Shown: positions 12,355 to 24,495 of the stretch, piece by piece | Layout: the number at the start of each line of letters is the position of its first letter | Position numbering within the stretch: position 1 is the stretch's first letter | NCBI GenBank assembly: GCA_004431415.1 | Contig: QPMI01000040.1 | Location: 186,001 to 250,000, forward strand | From: Cyanophora paradoxa CCMP329 | Lineage: Eukaryota; Plantae; Glaucophyta | Length of the DNA: 64,000 bases | Reading direction: 5' to 3' | Position numbers and translations under genes: made by a program | The notes under the pieces: generated by a model | Told to the model about the DNA's origin: nothing | Database searches by the model: none | The model's input: only the letters and a program-made list of their open reading frames with translations

Positions 12355-14351
12355 CGCGGCCTCCGACCGCCTCCGCCTCTGATTTCTGTACCGGGGCTCA
12401 GGGGGTACAAGACGATCGAAGATTGTGGTTTGGATGGACGGGCCCGGGCTGCCAATGGCGCGATGATCGATGATGCGTATACGTACTAAGGTACCGCTGC
12501 GCGCACTGCAGCTGGCCTGGAACGTGCGGCGCGGCCTCGGGGCCGGACCGTCGACGTCGGACCATATGCATGGCCCAGTGGCCACTCAGGGCCAGCCGCT
12601 GAGCTGCATGCGCAGGCGCGCGCTCCGCGGCGGCGCGGCCCAAAGGACTCCGGCGCACTGCGGCAGCAGAAGAATTTCATTTAATTAATTTATAACCGAT
12701 CATGACACATTCATGAAGAGATTATGCTACTAGGCTATAAAGGGCCACTGACTTGCCGCGCGCGTCAGTTGGGTCCGGGGAAGGGCATTTAACCTCGGCG
12801 AATCCAAGATCTAGATGCGCGCATGCAGAGGGCAGCTGCAGGGACTTAAACTAGCGCTTAATTAAGCTTAAGAAGGCGCGCGCACGGTGGCCGGGCGAGC
12901 CGCTGGGCCGGCTCCGGCTGAGGCTGGCCATGCCAGGCGAGCTCAGCGGCTGCAGCTGTCCTCGCGATCGAGGCGAGCTGTCCTCTTAGAGGTAGGCCTC
13001 ATGATCGGGGCCTAGCGAGCTAGCTCTAGCTATGTAAGGCGCGGGCCTTGAGAAGGGGGAGGGAACCTTGTCTGGCCATGGACGTGCTCCAGCTCCTGCA
13101 GCTGCCAGGCTGCGCATGCCCCGTGGCCGTCGCGCGCGGAGGCGTGGCGGGTGCACGAGTGCACGAGTGCGCATGTGCTGCGGGTGCACGTGCGTCACGG
13201 CGTGGCTACATAGCTAGGGGCTGGCCGGCGCCTCGGCCTCCGCGCGATCTGGGCGCGGGCACGGGGACGCTGCTCAAGCTCACGTTCCGCTCAAAAAGCG
13301 GCGCAGCGGGCCAGCTCATGATCAGCGGCGCCGGCTGCATGCGCAGCAGGCATGCGCATCGCGCGCGCGCGGGGGCTCTGCGTCGCGCAGCACGCGCGCC
13401 GCGCTGGCATCGGCTTGTTGGAAGTGGCATAGCCCGCCAAGTGCGGCCGGCTTGCGGCCGGCTTGTGCAATTGCGTCGGGGCGCGGTTGGCGCGGGTGAA
13501 GCGTGCGCGGCTGGCGCGGCTAGCCGCTGAGCCACAGCAAGCTGCCGCGCGGGCGAGAGGCGTAACCATTGTTGAGCCGAGCCGAGCTGCGGCGCCCGGG
13601 GAGAAAGCGGCCGGGGGTACTTTAAGAGGTTTTCTCAGGGTAAGTTCGCACTCTCCAATGTGATTGGCTAGCGCGCGCGGCGTCCTCCCACGCGACCGCG
13701 TTCGCGCCCGGCCTCGCTCTCGCAGTACGGAATGTCGAACATGATGCGCGCAACGACCTCGAACTGGTCTGGCCCGTATATCTGCTCCCTGTGCGTCGCT
13801 GGACCCATTTTTGTCCCGGGTGTTGGTGCCTGTTCCTGGATCACCCTTTGGTCGGACGGGACCGGGAGACATGGTTTCGGGGTCCCCTGGGGATGCGCTT
13901 TCAGGGTGTACCGCGCGGCCCCGGTTTTGCGGAGGTCGGGGAAATGGGATTTGGGGTAGGGTTGGACCCAAGGGACAGGGACAGGGGAAGTGTTTTACCC
14001 TTCCCCAATTACCTACTGATACTATCTCAGAAGATCGACCGTCGGACCACTGATCATGATCATGATGAGGCCGGACGGTAGGGCTTACTGTACAGCTATA
14101 GCTAGCCATCTAGAACTGGGAAATTAAAATAGTTGAGTAGAAAAATGATCGACATGGCCACTGAATTCGAAACTGTAAGGCCGGGTCTTGATGATCACTA
14201 AAACGAGCCTCGGAGAACGGAAAAAGAGGTCGAATACGGATCACGGCCGTGGGCCGCGCATCAGTCAGCTACGCAACAGCAAAAATCAAAGAGAATAGAA
14301 TTGGAATCCGACGCTTGAGCCACGAGGCGAGCTACGTATACATGAGTAGCG

Positions 14352-16324
14352 CTACAATTGGCTCAGGCCGTGCAGGTCGGGCCCCATCTCCCACGCGGCG
14401 GAACCGGAATTCGAAGGCTCCGGCTGCGATATCGATGCCCGCTTGAGGCGCAGGAGCTGGTCCATGCGGTTGTGGAGGGCGCGGCGCCGGAGGGCGCAGG
14501 ACGCCTCCGGGTCCGACCCGCACGCCTCGGCCTTATCTACGCGGACGGCGGCATCGCGCCCCTGGCAGCGGGCATGGCCATGGGCCGGGCCGGGCCCCGC
14601 TGGCCCGGCCGGCGCCAGCTTGGATCCGAGCTCCGCCTTGTGCCCGTACGCCCGCGCGTACAGGATCGCGAGTACCCCGCTCGTCAGGCACGCGCCGGTC
14701 TCGACCTCGGTCCAGGGGCGAATGATGGGGTACGGGTGCTCCGCGTCCGCCGGACGAACGATCACCTGAATTCGATCGAGCGACGTGAGAAATTCGATCC
14801 GAGGGGCCGCGAATTCGAATTCGAATTCAAATTTTTGAATTCGAACCTCGGCGAGGCAGGCAAGGAAGAGGGTCGGAATGTTGCCGTCCCCGGCCGCGGC
14901 CTCCGTCGCCAGGAGCGCCATCGCTGTGCCCAGCTCGGGCGAAGCGTCCAGCAGGTTCTCGGACCAGTTGCGCGCCACGAGCGACAGCGCCGCGGCGAAG
15001 GCCTGGGGGTACCGTAACGTGAGCGGGATCTCGAGCGAGCAGCGAGGGCGCGCGGCGCACCCGCTTGCCCATGCGGCCGCTGCCGTTGGAGTCCGCCGCG
15101 AAATTGCGGCGGGAGAGGGCGCGGCCCTCGAGGAGGCTCCACGGGCCCCCGGGCGACATGAGGCAGCGGTGGAGGCTCAGGTGAAACGCCTGATACGAAG
15201 CAAGTTAAATTCAAATCGATACATGATCGATAAGCTCGAGCTCGGCTCACCTCGTATCCGGCGTAATCGGCGGACTCCTCGCCCGAGGAGGGCGCCTGGT
15301 CCCGCCCCAGTCCGCCCGCGGCCGCGAGGGACCGGAGAACGTTGAGCGCGACGGCGCCGGCGGCCGCCGCCCTCGAATTCGGGTTCGAGGTCGCGTGCGA
15401 GCTGGCAGAGTTGAGCGAGGCGCGGCGGGAGGATCCCTGAATCGCCTGCCAGATCTGACGGCGGCCGCGTGTGAGGGCAAAATTCGAGGCAAATTATTGA
15501 CACGCTCATCTTTGCGAGCGAGCGGAGCGCACCATATCGATGAAGTCGACGGCCCTTTGGGGCCTTGCGCGGGGCCGATGCATATTGGGCCTGGAGAGGC
15601 TGGCGCGGCGCGAGCTCGAAGCGGCCACGGCGACGGGCGCCTCGCCCTCGGAGGGCTCCATGGAGTTCATGCGGGATCGCGGGCCCCGGGATCCGGCGCT
15701 GGAGGGCGACGTCGATCGGGAGGAGCTGGGGCTGGTCGAGGGCGAGGCCAGCCGCGGCGCCTCGATCTCGGCGTCCAGGTCGTCCTCGGCCGCATCCGTT
15801 TCCGTGACGCTCTCAAGCGAGCCGGACCGCGACCGCGGTCGCCAGGCGCCGGCCGCGGCCGGTTGCGAGCTCGAGGGCCGCCGGGTGGGCCGCGGGCCTT
15901 CGAATCCGGCCGCAAGGGGAACAGCGTTATTAACGGCACTCTGCGCATATATAGACAGCGGTGAGCTGCGGTCCGGTGCAAAGTGGATTACCAAAAGTGG
16001 GTAAATAATCAGAGCGCACCGGAGGCACGACGGGGAGGGCATTCTTCGCATCATCGTTAAAACTGCAGTCAGCCAGATGCGTGTGCTCGTCGTGGGACGG
16101 TAGCCTTAGCACCCGCCGAATCCTGCGCGTGCGGGAAGGGAAATGACGATCAGCTGGAAGCGAATTCGAATGCAGTCGTGTCGAACTACTGCAGCAACGA
16201 TCTATGCGCACCGTGAGACCTGTTCGCGGACGATGTCTCGCACTGGAATTCGCGGCAGGGAGAGCTCGGAGGGGGCGGACGCGGCCGGCGCGTGCGACGC
16301 CGTCATGATCATCGCCGATGCCAT
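14352..16324 (-). CDS. Hypothetical protein, multi-exon, Ser/Arg/Pro-rich middle
   Basis: Coding-like exons MASAMIMTASHAP..., AVNNAVPLAAGF...RAVDFIDM, ARNWSENLLDASPELG...LACLAE|VIVRPADAEHPYPIIRPW...LHGLSQL* separated by GT-AG introns. No family recognised. Confidence 0.55.
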
Positions 16325-17341
16325 GTGAAGGTTGCTCGAGATCTCTCTTCGACGCGCGCGCGCAAGCCCGGCGCAGATCTAGAGATCCGATGGAACACTG
16401 ACGAGGCCGACAGCTGATCGGGAGGCTCGCGCTCGATGCTGCTTAGCGGCTGGTGCAGGCCCGGGTCCGGGGAAGCTGGATCCTACTGCACGCGGCTATG
16501 CTGGCTGCTGGATGCTGCTGATGCCACGCGTGCGGATGCTGCTCGCGTACGGGGGGATGATGAGCGGCGCATGCGCGCGCCGTGTACCAGTGTACATGTA
16601 CAGAGTCTCAGAGTCTACTACAGACTGAGCTGAGCACATGTACAGTGTGTACCTGCAGAACTTCGGAACCACCGGGTACCATGCACTGGCCGCAGTGGCC
16701 GGCGGCTGGCCGCCACTGGCCGGCCGGGCATGCAGCGCTCGCAGACTTCAGAACTGACCGTCGGACCGGTACCGTGAAATTCGGAAGTTCGGAACCAAGT
16801 TCCGAAGTTTGGAGCTTCGCGATCGCGGAACTTGGAAATTGGTCAGCCAGGACTCAGCCTACGGAGGTTACGTTGCCGCACGGTTGCCGGTTCGCGCTCG
16901 CAGTCTCGCAGCGCGGCACTGTGGCAGCACTGGCACATGTACAGGCTGTACAGCTAGTCTGGCAGCAGTGGCAGGCCGCGCGCGGCGCGCCGGCCGCGGG
17001 CATTGGGACCGTCGAATGCGAACCGCCAATTTGACGGTTAGACTTCGGTAACTGCCGCGACCGTGCGCATGCAACTGCCAACGTCGGTCAGACACTTTTG
17101 AATCAGTTTTGAATCTTTTGATTGGTCCGATCGCCGCTTGGACGGTTCATTTAACGGTTCGCTCTCCCAGATTTGCTCTTTTTTTATAACCACCTGGGAG
17201 TCTGGGAGTCTGGGAAAGCGAACAGTCAACGTCACCCGGACGCAGAACTTGGGTAAACTTAAACACCCAAGGACGATTGGTCGCGCGATCGAGAATCTAG
17301 ATATCGATATGATCATGAGCGCGCGCGGTTTCGATCGTGAG

Positions 17342-17829
17342 TAGGGCTGTCGTCAGTCACTGACAGTCACAGTCAGAGGGTCTGACTGACCTCACTGGGT
17401 CAGCTTTTGGCTGACTGACGTTTTCTCAGTCCCATACAACACCCTGCTGGGACTCCTGCGAGCGTGCCCCCCTGCGGGCTTTTTCCATCTAAAGCTGACG
17501 TGGGTCGACCAAAAAAATGATCTTCTGTCGTCGAAATCTTCAAAAGACCGCCCATGTGCATGGTAAGAGGCTAATGGAGTCTGACGTGCGCCTGGCGGGG
17601 GCCGAATCTCCTTTTCTCGTCCTCTCTGCTCGCATAACGTGCCTGGCCTGATGCTTGGCAACTTGAATGAAGTAGATAGATCGCGCTTGGGTCAATTCGT
17701 GCCAATTTCCTGGTCATTTTTTCCGGCTTTTGCACGGTAGCCTGACTGAACCTCGGGTTGACTGATTCAGTCACAGTCAGGGGGGCTGACGGACTGGGTC
17801 AGCCGGGGGACTGACTGACGACAGCACTA
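17342..17829. mobile_element. Non-autonomous hAT-type DNA transposon (MITE), 488 bp
   Basis: TIRs TAGGGCTGTCGTCAGTCA ... TGACTGACGACAGCACTA (1 mismatch in 18). Perfect 8-bp TSD ATCGTGAG at 17334-17341 and 17830-17837. Subterminal CAGTCA/TGACTG repeats; no transposase ORF. Confidence 0.92.
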
Positions 17830-18529
17830 ATCGTGAGACACGACGCGAGTCACGCGATCGCGATTCGCGAGTATCATCACGGTATATTCGAATTCGCCGA
17901 GTCGCGACGTTTTGACTCTCGAGGCTCTGATCATGACTGCCAAAGCTCGAGAACACGATCCTAAAGTTATATATAGCGCCTCCGGATCCGGGCCTCGATC
18001 CGAATATATATAGGACCGAATATCGAATTCGAAGCTTAAGAAGTGCACGGCCATATATAGGGGTAGTGCGGCGTGCGCGCGGTACCAAGCAGCAATTGCA
18101 AGCATGCGCAGTGTCATTGCGCACATGATCATGAGCTACTCAGTGACTAGCTATAGTACGTCCGGATCGGGACTCTGCCGCTAGCGCTCTGCCAGGCTGA
18201 TATCGATCGAGACTGATCGCAAATCAGATTCAAAGTTCAACGGTTCGCGACATGTACATCGATCGATATGCAATTGAGATTTAATTTGGCTCAGTACATG
18301 CAGTGCTTTTAATTATAATTTAATGTGGTGCATGCGCACGTGCTTAATAAGAATGTTCTCAAGGGCGCAAACTTGAAATTTCTGCACATAATCTTCCATT
18401 CCGAATTTCTATCTGCGTACTATCGCAAGCTGCAGAAGAGCCCGGCGGCCCTTGCATATATAGTCCAGACGGACCGGACGTCGACGTCGGACGCCTGGCC
18501 GCTGGGCCCCGCCGCTTGCTAGCTAGCTG

Positions 18530-21500
18530 GCTAGCGGGAGGCCCCCGGGTGGCTGTGGCCCCTGCCGTGTCGTCGCCCCCGTTAACGTTAGCGCCAGCTA
18601 GCGCCAGCCTAGGGCGGAAGAACGAACGAACGCACGCGGGCTGCCGGGAGGAGGCGGGCGAGCCGGGGGAGGGGGAGGGCGGGCCGCCCTCGGGCACGGA
18701 GTGCGCCCGGCCCGCCGCGGCGAGCTGCCGGGGTACAGTGAGCGAGCGAGCGGGTCGGAGAGCGAGCGAGATGATGGCTCGGGACGCACCAGAGGGGACG
18801 CGTGCCCGGAGCCAGAGCCAGAGGCGGCCCCGGGCGGCCCCGCCGGGTGGGCCGGGGGGTGCTTGGGCGGACCCGGGGGCTTCCGCAGGGCCACCAGCCG
18901 GGGTACAATCTCCTCGAAGGACGGGCGGAGCCTGCGGCGAACGAAGTCAATTGCGAACGAAGTGGGGCCGCGGGCGCTGGGCGCGTGCGCACGAAGGCTC
19001 CTCGTCCCAGCAGGCGCGCATCAGGGCCGCCAGCTCTGGCGGGCAGTTCGCCTGACCCTCCGGAATCTCCGGCCGCAGGCCCTGAGCGGGGAGAAGTCGG
19101 CGAAGCCACTCGAAGCTCGCGAGGCCGAGCTTTCTTCGTTCGCACCCCCTTGCGGGTAACGGCGAGGGCGACTTGGATGGGGGTCATCCTGGGGTACGGC
19201 AGCTGAGACATCACCATCTCCCTGCGTGACGTCGGTCAGACGAACGAGCGCTCCTCCTCAGCTGAGCTTCGTTCGCACCACAGCGTGATTCCGAACGAGT
19301 AGACATCTGACTTGTCCGAGGCGGGCTGGTTCCGCAGGATCTCGGGGCTGTACCCCCCGGGAGGACCCGGAATGAGTCCAGCAGGGGGAGAGGGGCGGGC
19401 GAAACGGCTCAGGTGAGCGAGCGGGTCGCACCTCGTGTATCGGTAGGAGCCGGCCTCCTCCTGCGCATTCCCGCCGGCCCCCTCGAGCGCCCTTGCAAGG
19501 CCGAAGTCGACGATCTTGACGACGCCCCGCTCGTCCATCACGAGGTTCGCGGCCTGATAAGGGACGACGGCGTGACCGGAAGGAGCCGGGCCGGCAAGCA
19601 CGGCACGGCGAGAGAAAGGACCGCCGACGAAGGGCGCAAACTAATTCGAGCCAAAGCTAAGAGATGGGAGCTAGGAGAAGCTAGCCCGGGGGGGGAGGGG
19701 CCGGCAGGGGGGGGTACCTTGAGGTCGCGGTGGATGAGCTTGTGCCTGTGGAGGTGCCGCATGCCCATTGCGGCGTACAGGGCGAGCTGGTGGACGCTCC
19801 GGAAGTCGAGCAGGCGGCGCTGGCTCCCGTGCAGCAGGTCCGCGACCGAGCCGCCGCCAAGGAACTCGAAGCAGAGCGCGATGTACCCCGGCTCGACGCA
19901 CGCGGCGACGAACTCGACGACGTTCGGGTGCGGCCGCAGCTGCGAGAGGACGGCGAGCTCCCGGCGGAAGGCCAGCACGTCGGGGCCGTCCAGCTCCTGA
20001 GGGGGGTACACACAGTTAAGAAAAGAAAAAAAAGGAAAAAAGGAAGGAGGCGCCCGCTCGCCTGGTTGAGGAGGCGCTTCACGGCGACGAGCTTGCCCCG
20101 GACCATCGCCTTGAAGATCTCGGCCGAGCCGCCCTGCCCGATCCGCTCGATCACCTGGATCTCATCTGAGCGCCCAGGTCGGGTGGGTGAGCCGATGACG
20201 AGCAGAGGGGGGTGGGGGGAAGAAGGGGAAAGGGAGTACCGTTGTGGACCTCCCAGCCTTCCTCGCCATCGTCCTCCGGGCCCGCCTCCCACCCCCCCTC
20301 CTCGTCGTCGAAATGGGTGACGGACACGGGCGGCGCAACAAGCGCATCGCCGTCCGTGCTCGGCGCGCGGCTACCCCGGTGGAAGGACCCGGGGAACGGC
20401 TCCGACTCGGAGAGGGTTCGGTCGGCAAGGGATTGGAGGCCGCCTCCGGGTGCCGCGGCGCGGGTCGGGGGGGGTAGGAGGGCGTCGGCTGGGCCGGGGC
20501 TGGCCCGCGGCGTGCCAGAGCCGGAGGGGGAGAGCGGCGCGTGCTGGGGGGCCATGGCGGCGGCGGCGGCGGCGGCCGCTGCCGCGCGGGAGGAGGAGGA
20601 GGAGGAGCCCGGGTGGGGCACGGGGCGGGGCGAAGGGGCTCGTGAGCTTCCCGAGTTGGAGTTGCCGACGAAGACGGGGGCGGAAGCGTAGGCGGGCGGG
20701 GGCGGGGAAGGCGTAGTCGTGGCGTTTCGGGGAGCGACAAAGGGGAGGGGTGGCGTGATGGGGGACTTGGGTGCGGGGCCGGAGGAGGAGGAGGAGGGCG
20801 CGCCGCGGTGGGAGGACGGGGATGTGGATCGGGCGGCGCGGGCGGCGGCGCCGGGAATGGCGTGGACGAACTGCGCAAGGCGGGAGCGCAGTCCCGAGAA
20901 CCACCCGCCCTGGGCCTGGGGGCCGGAGGGCGAGCCGGTGTCGGCCCGCGAGGGCTCAGGTGAGGAGGCGGGGGAGATGGAGGGGCCGTCGAGGGGGGTG
21001 GAGACGGGGGGCGGGGCCGCGCCGGGGTACCGCGGCGCCGGGTGGAGGAGGTTGCCGGCGGCGGCGCCCAAGTCGGAGTGGGACGCGGGACGCGACGAGT
21101 GCGCACGCTCAATCTCCTGGTAGCGGACGAGCCCAAAGGCAGTCCCGAGCGAATCCTGCGCGGGCGGGCGGGCGGGCGGGCGGCCTCAGGAGGGTAAAAA
21201 AAGGAGGAAAAAGAGGTGCGGGGGGTACCGAGACGGAGGAAAGGAAGTCGACATCATCGTTCGTCCACTGCGCGATCGTCGTCGGCTCGGGGGTACCGAA
21301 GGAAAGAAAGGGTCGGGCGGGGAGCCGAAGGCGCACCTCGCGGATCGAATTGCACTGGTGGACGGAGACGAGCCCGTTCGGCGTACCCTGGTAGAACGTG
21401 CCAGCGACGATCCACGATTTGATCGATGTCTCGGCGTACAGGCTCCGGACCTCTGGCGGCAGCAGCCCCTCCGTTGAGCAGTCCCGCACCATCTTCGCGG

Positions 21501-22221
21501 GTGCGCGGCGCTCGCTCAGCGCAGACGGCGGCGGAAGGAGCGCAGAGAGACGGCGGCAGCGCACCAGCACTTTCCCCTCGTGCAGCGCGCCCAGCATCTG
21601 TTCCTTGAGGAACGGGTTCATGATGGCGGTGACCCGCGGAGAGAGGAACGCGGCGACGTCCGGGAGATGCCACTCGGCCTGCAGTCACGCGTGAGCGAAA
21701 AGAAACGCGAGCGAAAGCGAGCGATAGCGAGGCAGTGCGGCGGCGGCGCGGTCCCGGCCTCTGTCCTTTAGCGCGAACAGCCGCGCCGGTCTAGACACGG
21801 CTCCGGCGGGTTCGCCGCGCGCGAGAGCGCTTATTCGCACCTGTATTATGGGAGCGAACTCTGCAGCGTCGGCGTCCTGGTACGAGCTGCACGAGCGCTT
21901 CAGCAGGGGCGATCCGATCCGATCTTCGGATGAGGGGAGCTAACCGGATGATCACGCGCGACGCGGCCAGCTCCTCGCCGATTAGAGTTGCCTAAGCGGG
22001 AGCTAAGGAGCGCACGACACGGCGAAAAGCAGGGAGCGTAGCGCAACCGCTTTGCGGAAAGATTGGTGTAGGTCGCGCTGCTTTATCTCTTTGGTGAGCG
22101 CCTTGAGGAGATTATGCCGTCTTCGTTCGAGCGAAAGCCGCCGCTCAAGGTCTGCGACGTCCAGCGGCTTGGAAGAGCCGCGCCTGCCTGCGATCTGAGC
22201 CAGGGCGACCTCCGGAGCCAT
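18530..22221 (-). CDS. GAF domain - tyrosine-kinase-like (TKL/Raf-like) protein kinase
   Basis: Kinase motifs IGQGGSAEIF, VAVKRL, HPNVVEFVAAC, IHRDLK|AANL, KIVDFGLAR, SPE, KSDVYSFGITLW|EMV, GLRPEIP..CPPELAALMRACW..RPSFEEI. N-terminal GAF: DLHQSFRKA|ATLIGEELAASRVIIR...IKSWIVAGTFYQGTPNGLVSVHQCNSIRE|WTNDDVDFLSSVS|DSLGTA. The 3' end is approximate. Confidence 0.9.
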
Positions 22222-22471
22222 CTGCGGCCCGTCTGCGCGCTCGTTAGCGGGAGACGAGATCTACGCTCGCTGCGCGCTGCGGTTGAACAGAGGTACCATC
22301 GCAGAGACCGTCGCGCAGGTCGAAGGAATCGATACGGTGCCTCAGCCTATCCAGCTCGAGTGCGACCCGACCTCCTCTGCGGCTGCCGCCCTCTGCGGCC
22401 GCTGGGTCGGCCATCGCACGCCGGTCGTACCCCTCCCCGGCTTTTCCCCCGGCCGGCTGACTCGCGTCGCC

Positions 22472-23342
22472 ATGAACGCGCCCGGAATGCCACCCGAAGT
22501 AGGTGAGAATCTCACCGCGCGATCTTCATGCCGTCCTCGCGGCGCCGCTGACGATCCGGCTGCAGAGCTCATCGAGCAGACCTTGCACTTCGTCGCCAGG
22601 CAGCCCGGGATCATTCCGATGATCCAGGCTAACAACGCCAACGACCCACGATTCAGCTTTCTCTTTGGCGGGCCCGGCTCGTGCGTCGCCCCGCCCGTGC
22701 GGGAGCGCGTACATCGAACCAACGCGTTCGCGCCTCGCCTCGAATTCCAGGGACTACTTTCAGATGCGCCTCGCCCAGCTAGCGATGCCCGGCGGCCAGC
22801 CGATATTCGGTGCGCCCGCCGCGACGCCCGCCGCCCGTCAGGGAGCCTCTCTCACCGAAGCCGCGCGCGACAGGCATGCAGGGAACGCCGTTCCCGCCGG
22901 AGCGGTGCGCGCCTTCCGCCGCGCGTGCGGCGCCCGCTCACGGGCCGGCAGCTGCCCCGCCGGCCGCCCCCGGCCCTGGGCCCGCCGCCGCCCGCCGGGG
23001 CGCCAGCCGCGGCTCCCGCAGTTCCTCCCGCTGCCTCGCTCCCGGAGCCGCTGCACGGGGAGCTGGAGAAGCTCCTCGCGAACCTCACCGGCTCGAAAGA
23101 GTCCATCAAGGCGCGTACCCGTGGCCCCGGCCGCCCCGCGTTCCCCCGACGACCGCCGCAGTCGAGCAAGGACTGGGTACTGGCCAACAAGGGACACGTG
23201 GTGGAGATCGCCGCGCGCGTCCGCGCCAAGGTTCGCTCCTGTACCCCCGCGCCGCGCCGGCGCACCCCCCATCCGGGCCCCAACTGTTGCCCTTCCTCAG
23301 ATTACCGAGGTTCCCGAGGCGGATAAGCGTCTGTTTCTGCTC
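22472..23342 (+). pseudogene. Truncated 5' copy of the CHERP gene (SURP plus partial CID)
   Basis: Same exons as 24496 onward, but cut at DKRLFLL by the duplication junction. May be an assembly artefact. Confidence 0.6.
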
Positions 23343-24248
23343 GGCGGGGAGCCGAAGGCGCACCTCGCGGATCGAATTGCACTGGTGGACGGAGACGAGC
23401 CCGTTCGGCGTACCCTGGTAGAACGTGCCAGCGACGATCCACGATTTGATCGATGTCTCGGCGTACAGGCTCCGGACCTCTGGCGGCAGCAGCCCCTCCG
23501 TTGAGCAGTCCCGCACCATCTTCGCGGGTGCGCGGCGCTCGCTCAGCGCAGACGGCGGCGGAAGGAGCGCAGAGAGACGGCGGCAGCGCACCAGCACTTT
23601 CCCCTCGTGCAGCGCGCCCAGCATCTGTTCCTTGAGGAACGGGTTCATGATGGCGGTGACCCGCGGAGAGAGGAACGCGGCGACGTCCGGGAGATGCCAC
23701 TCGGCCTGCAGTCACGCGTGAGCGAAAAGAAACGCGAGCGAAAGCGAGCGATAGCGAGGCAGTGCGGCGGCGGCGCGGTCCCGGCCTCTGTCCTTTAGCG
23801 CGAACAGCCGCGCCGGTCTAGACACGGCTCCGGCGGGTTCGCCGCGCGCGAGAGCGCTTATTCGCACCTGTATTATGGGAGCGAACTCTGCAGCGTCGGC
23901 GTCCTGGTACGAGCTGCACGAGCGCTTCAGCAGGGGCGATCCGATCCGATCTTCGGATGAGGGGAGCTAACCGGATGATCACGCGCGACGCGGCCAGCTC
24001 CTCGCCGATTAGAGTTGCCTAAGCGGGAGCTAAGGAGCGCACGACACGGCGAAAAGCAGGGAGCGTAGCGCAACCGCTTTGCGGAAAGATTGGTGTAGGT
24101 CGCGCTGCTTTATCTCTTTGGTGAGCGCCTTGAGGAGATTATGCCGTCTTCGTTCGAGCGAAAGCCGCCGCTCAAGGTCTGCGACGTCCAGCGGCTTGGA
24201 AGAGCCGCGCCTGCCTGCGATCTGAGCCAGGGCGACCTCCGGAGCCAT
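23343..24248 (-). pseudogene. Truncated 5' copy of the GAF-kinase gene (GAF lacking its last helix)
   Basis: Duplicate of 21316-22221 that ends in the intron after HQCNSIRE. May be an assembly artefact. Confidence 0.6.
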
Positions 24249-24495
24249 CTGCGGCCCGTCTGCGCGCTCGTTAGCGGAGACGAGATCTACGCTCGCTGCG
24301 CGCTGCGGTTGAACAGAGTACCATCGCAGAGACCGTCGCGCAGGTCGAAGGAATCGATACGGTGCCTCAGCCTATCCAGCTCGAGTGCGACCCGACCTCC
24401 TCTGCGGCTGCCGCCCTCTGCGGCCGCTGGGTCGGCCATCGCACGCCGGTCGTACCCCTCCCCGGCTTTTCCCCGGCCGGCTGACTCGCGTCGCC

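Noticed and set aside
13620-14110. Possible second MITE (GGGAC/GTCCC repeats, TAGGGTTG start)
   Set aside because: No matching TIR pair or TSD was found; it may be a degraded repeat.
21125-22075. Phytochrome or cyanobacteriochrome photoreceptor call for the GAF kinase
   Set aside because: No PAS/PHY domains and no clear DxxL or CH bilin-attachment motif; kept only as a GAF of unknown ligand.
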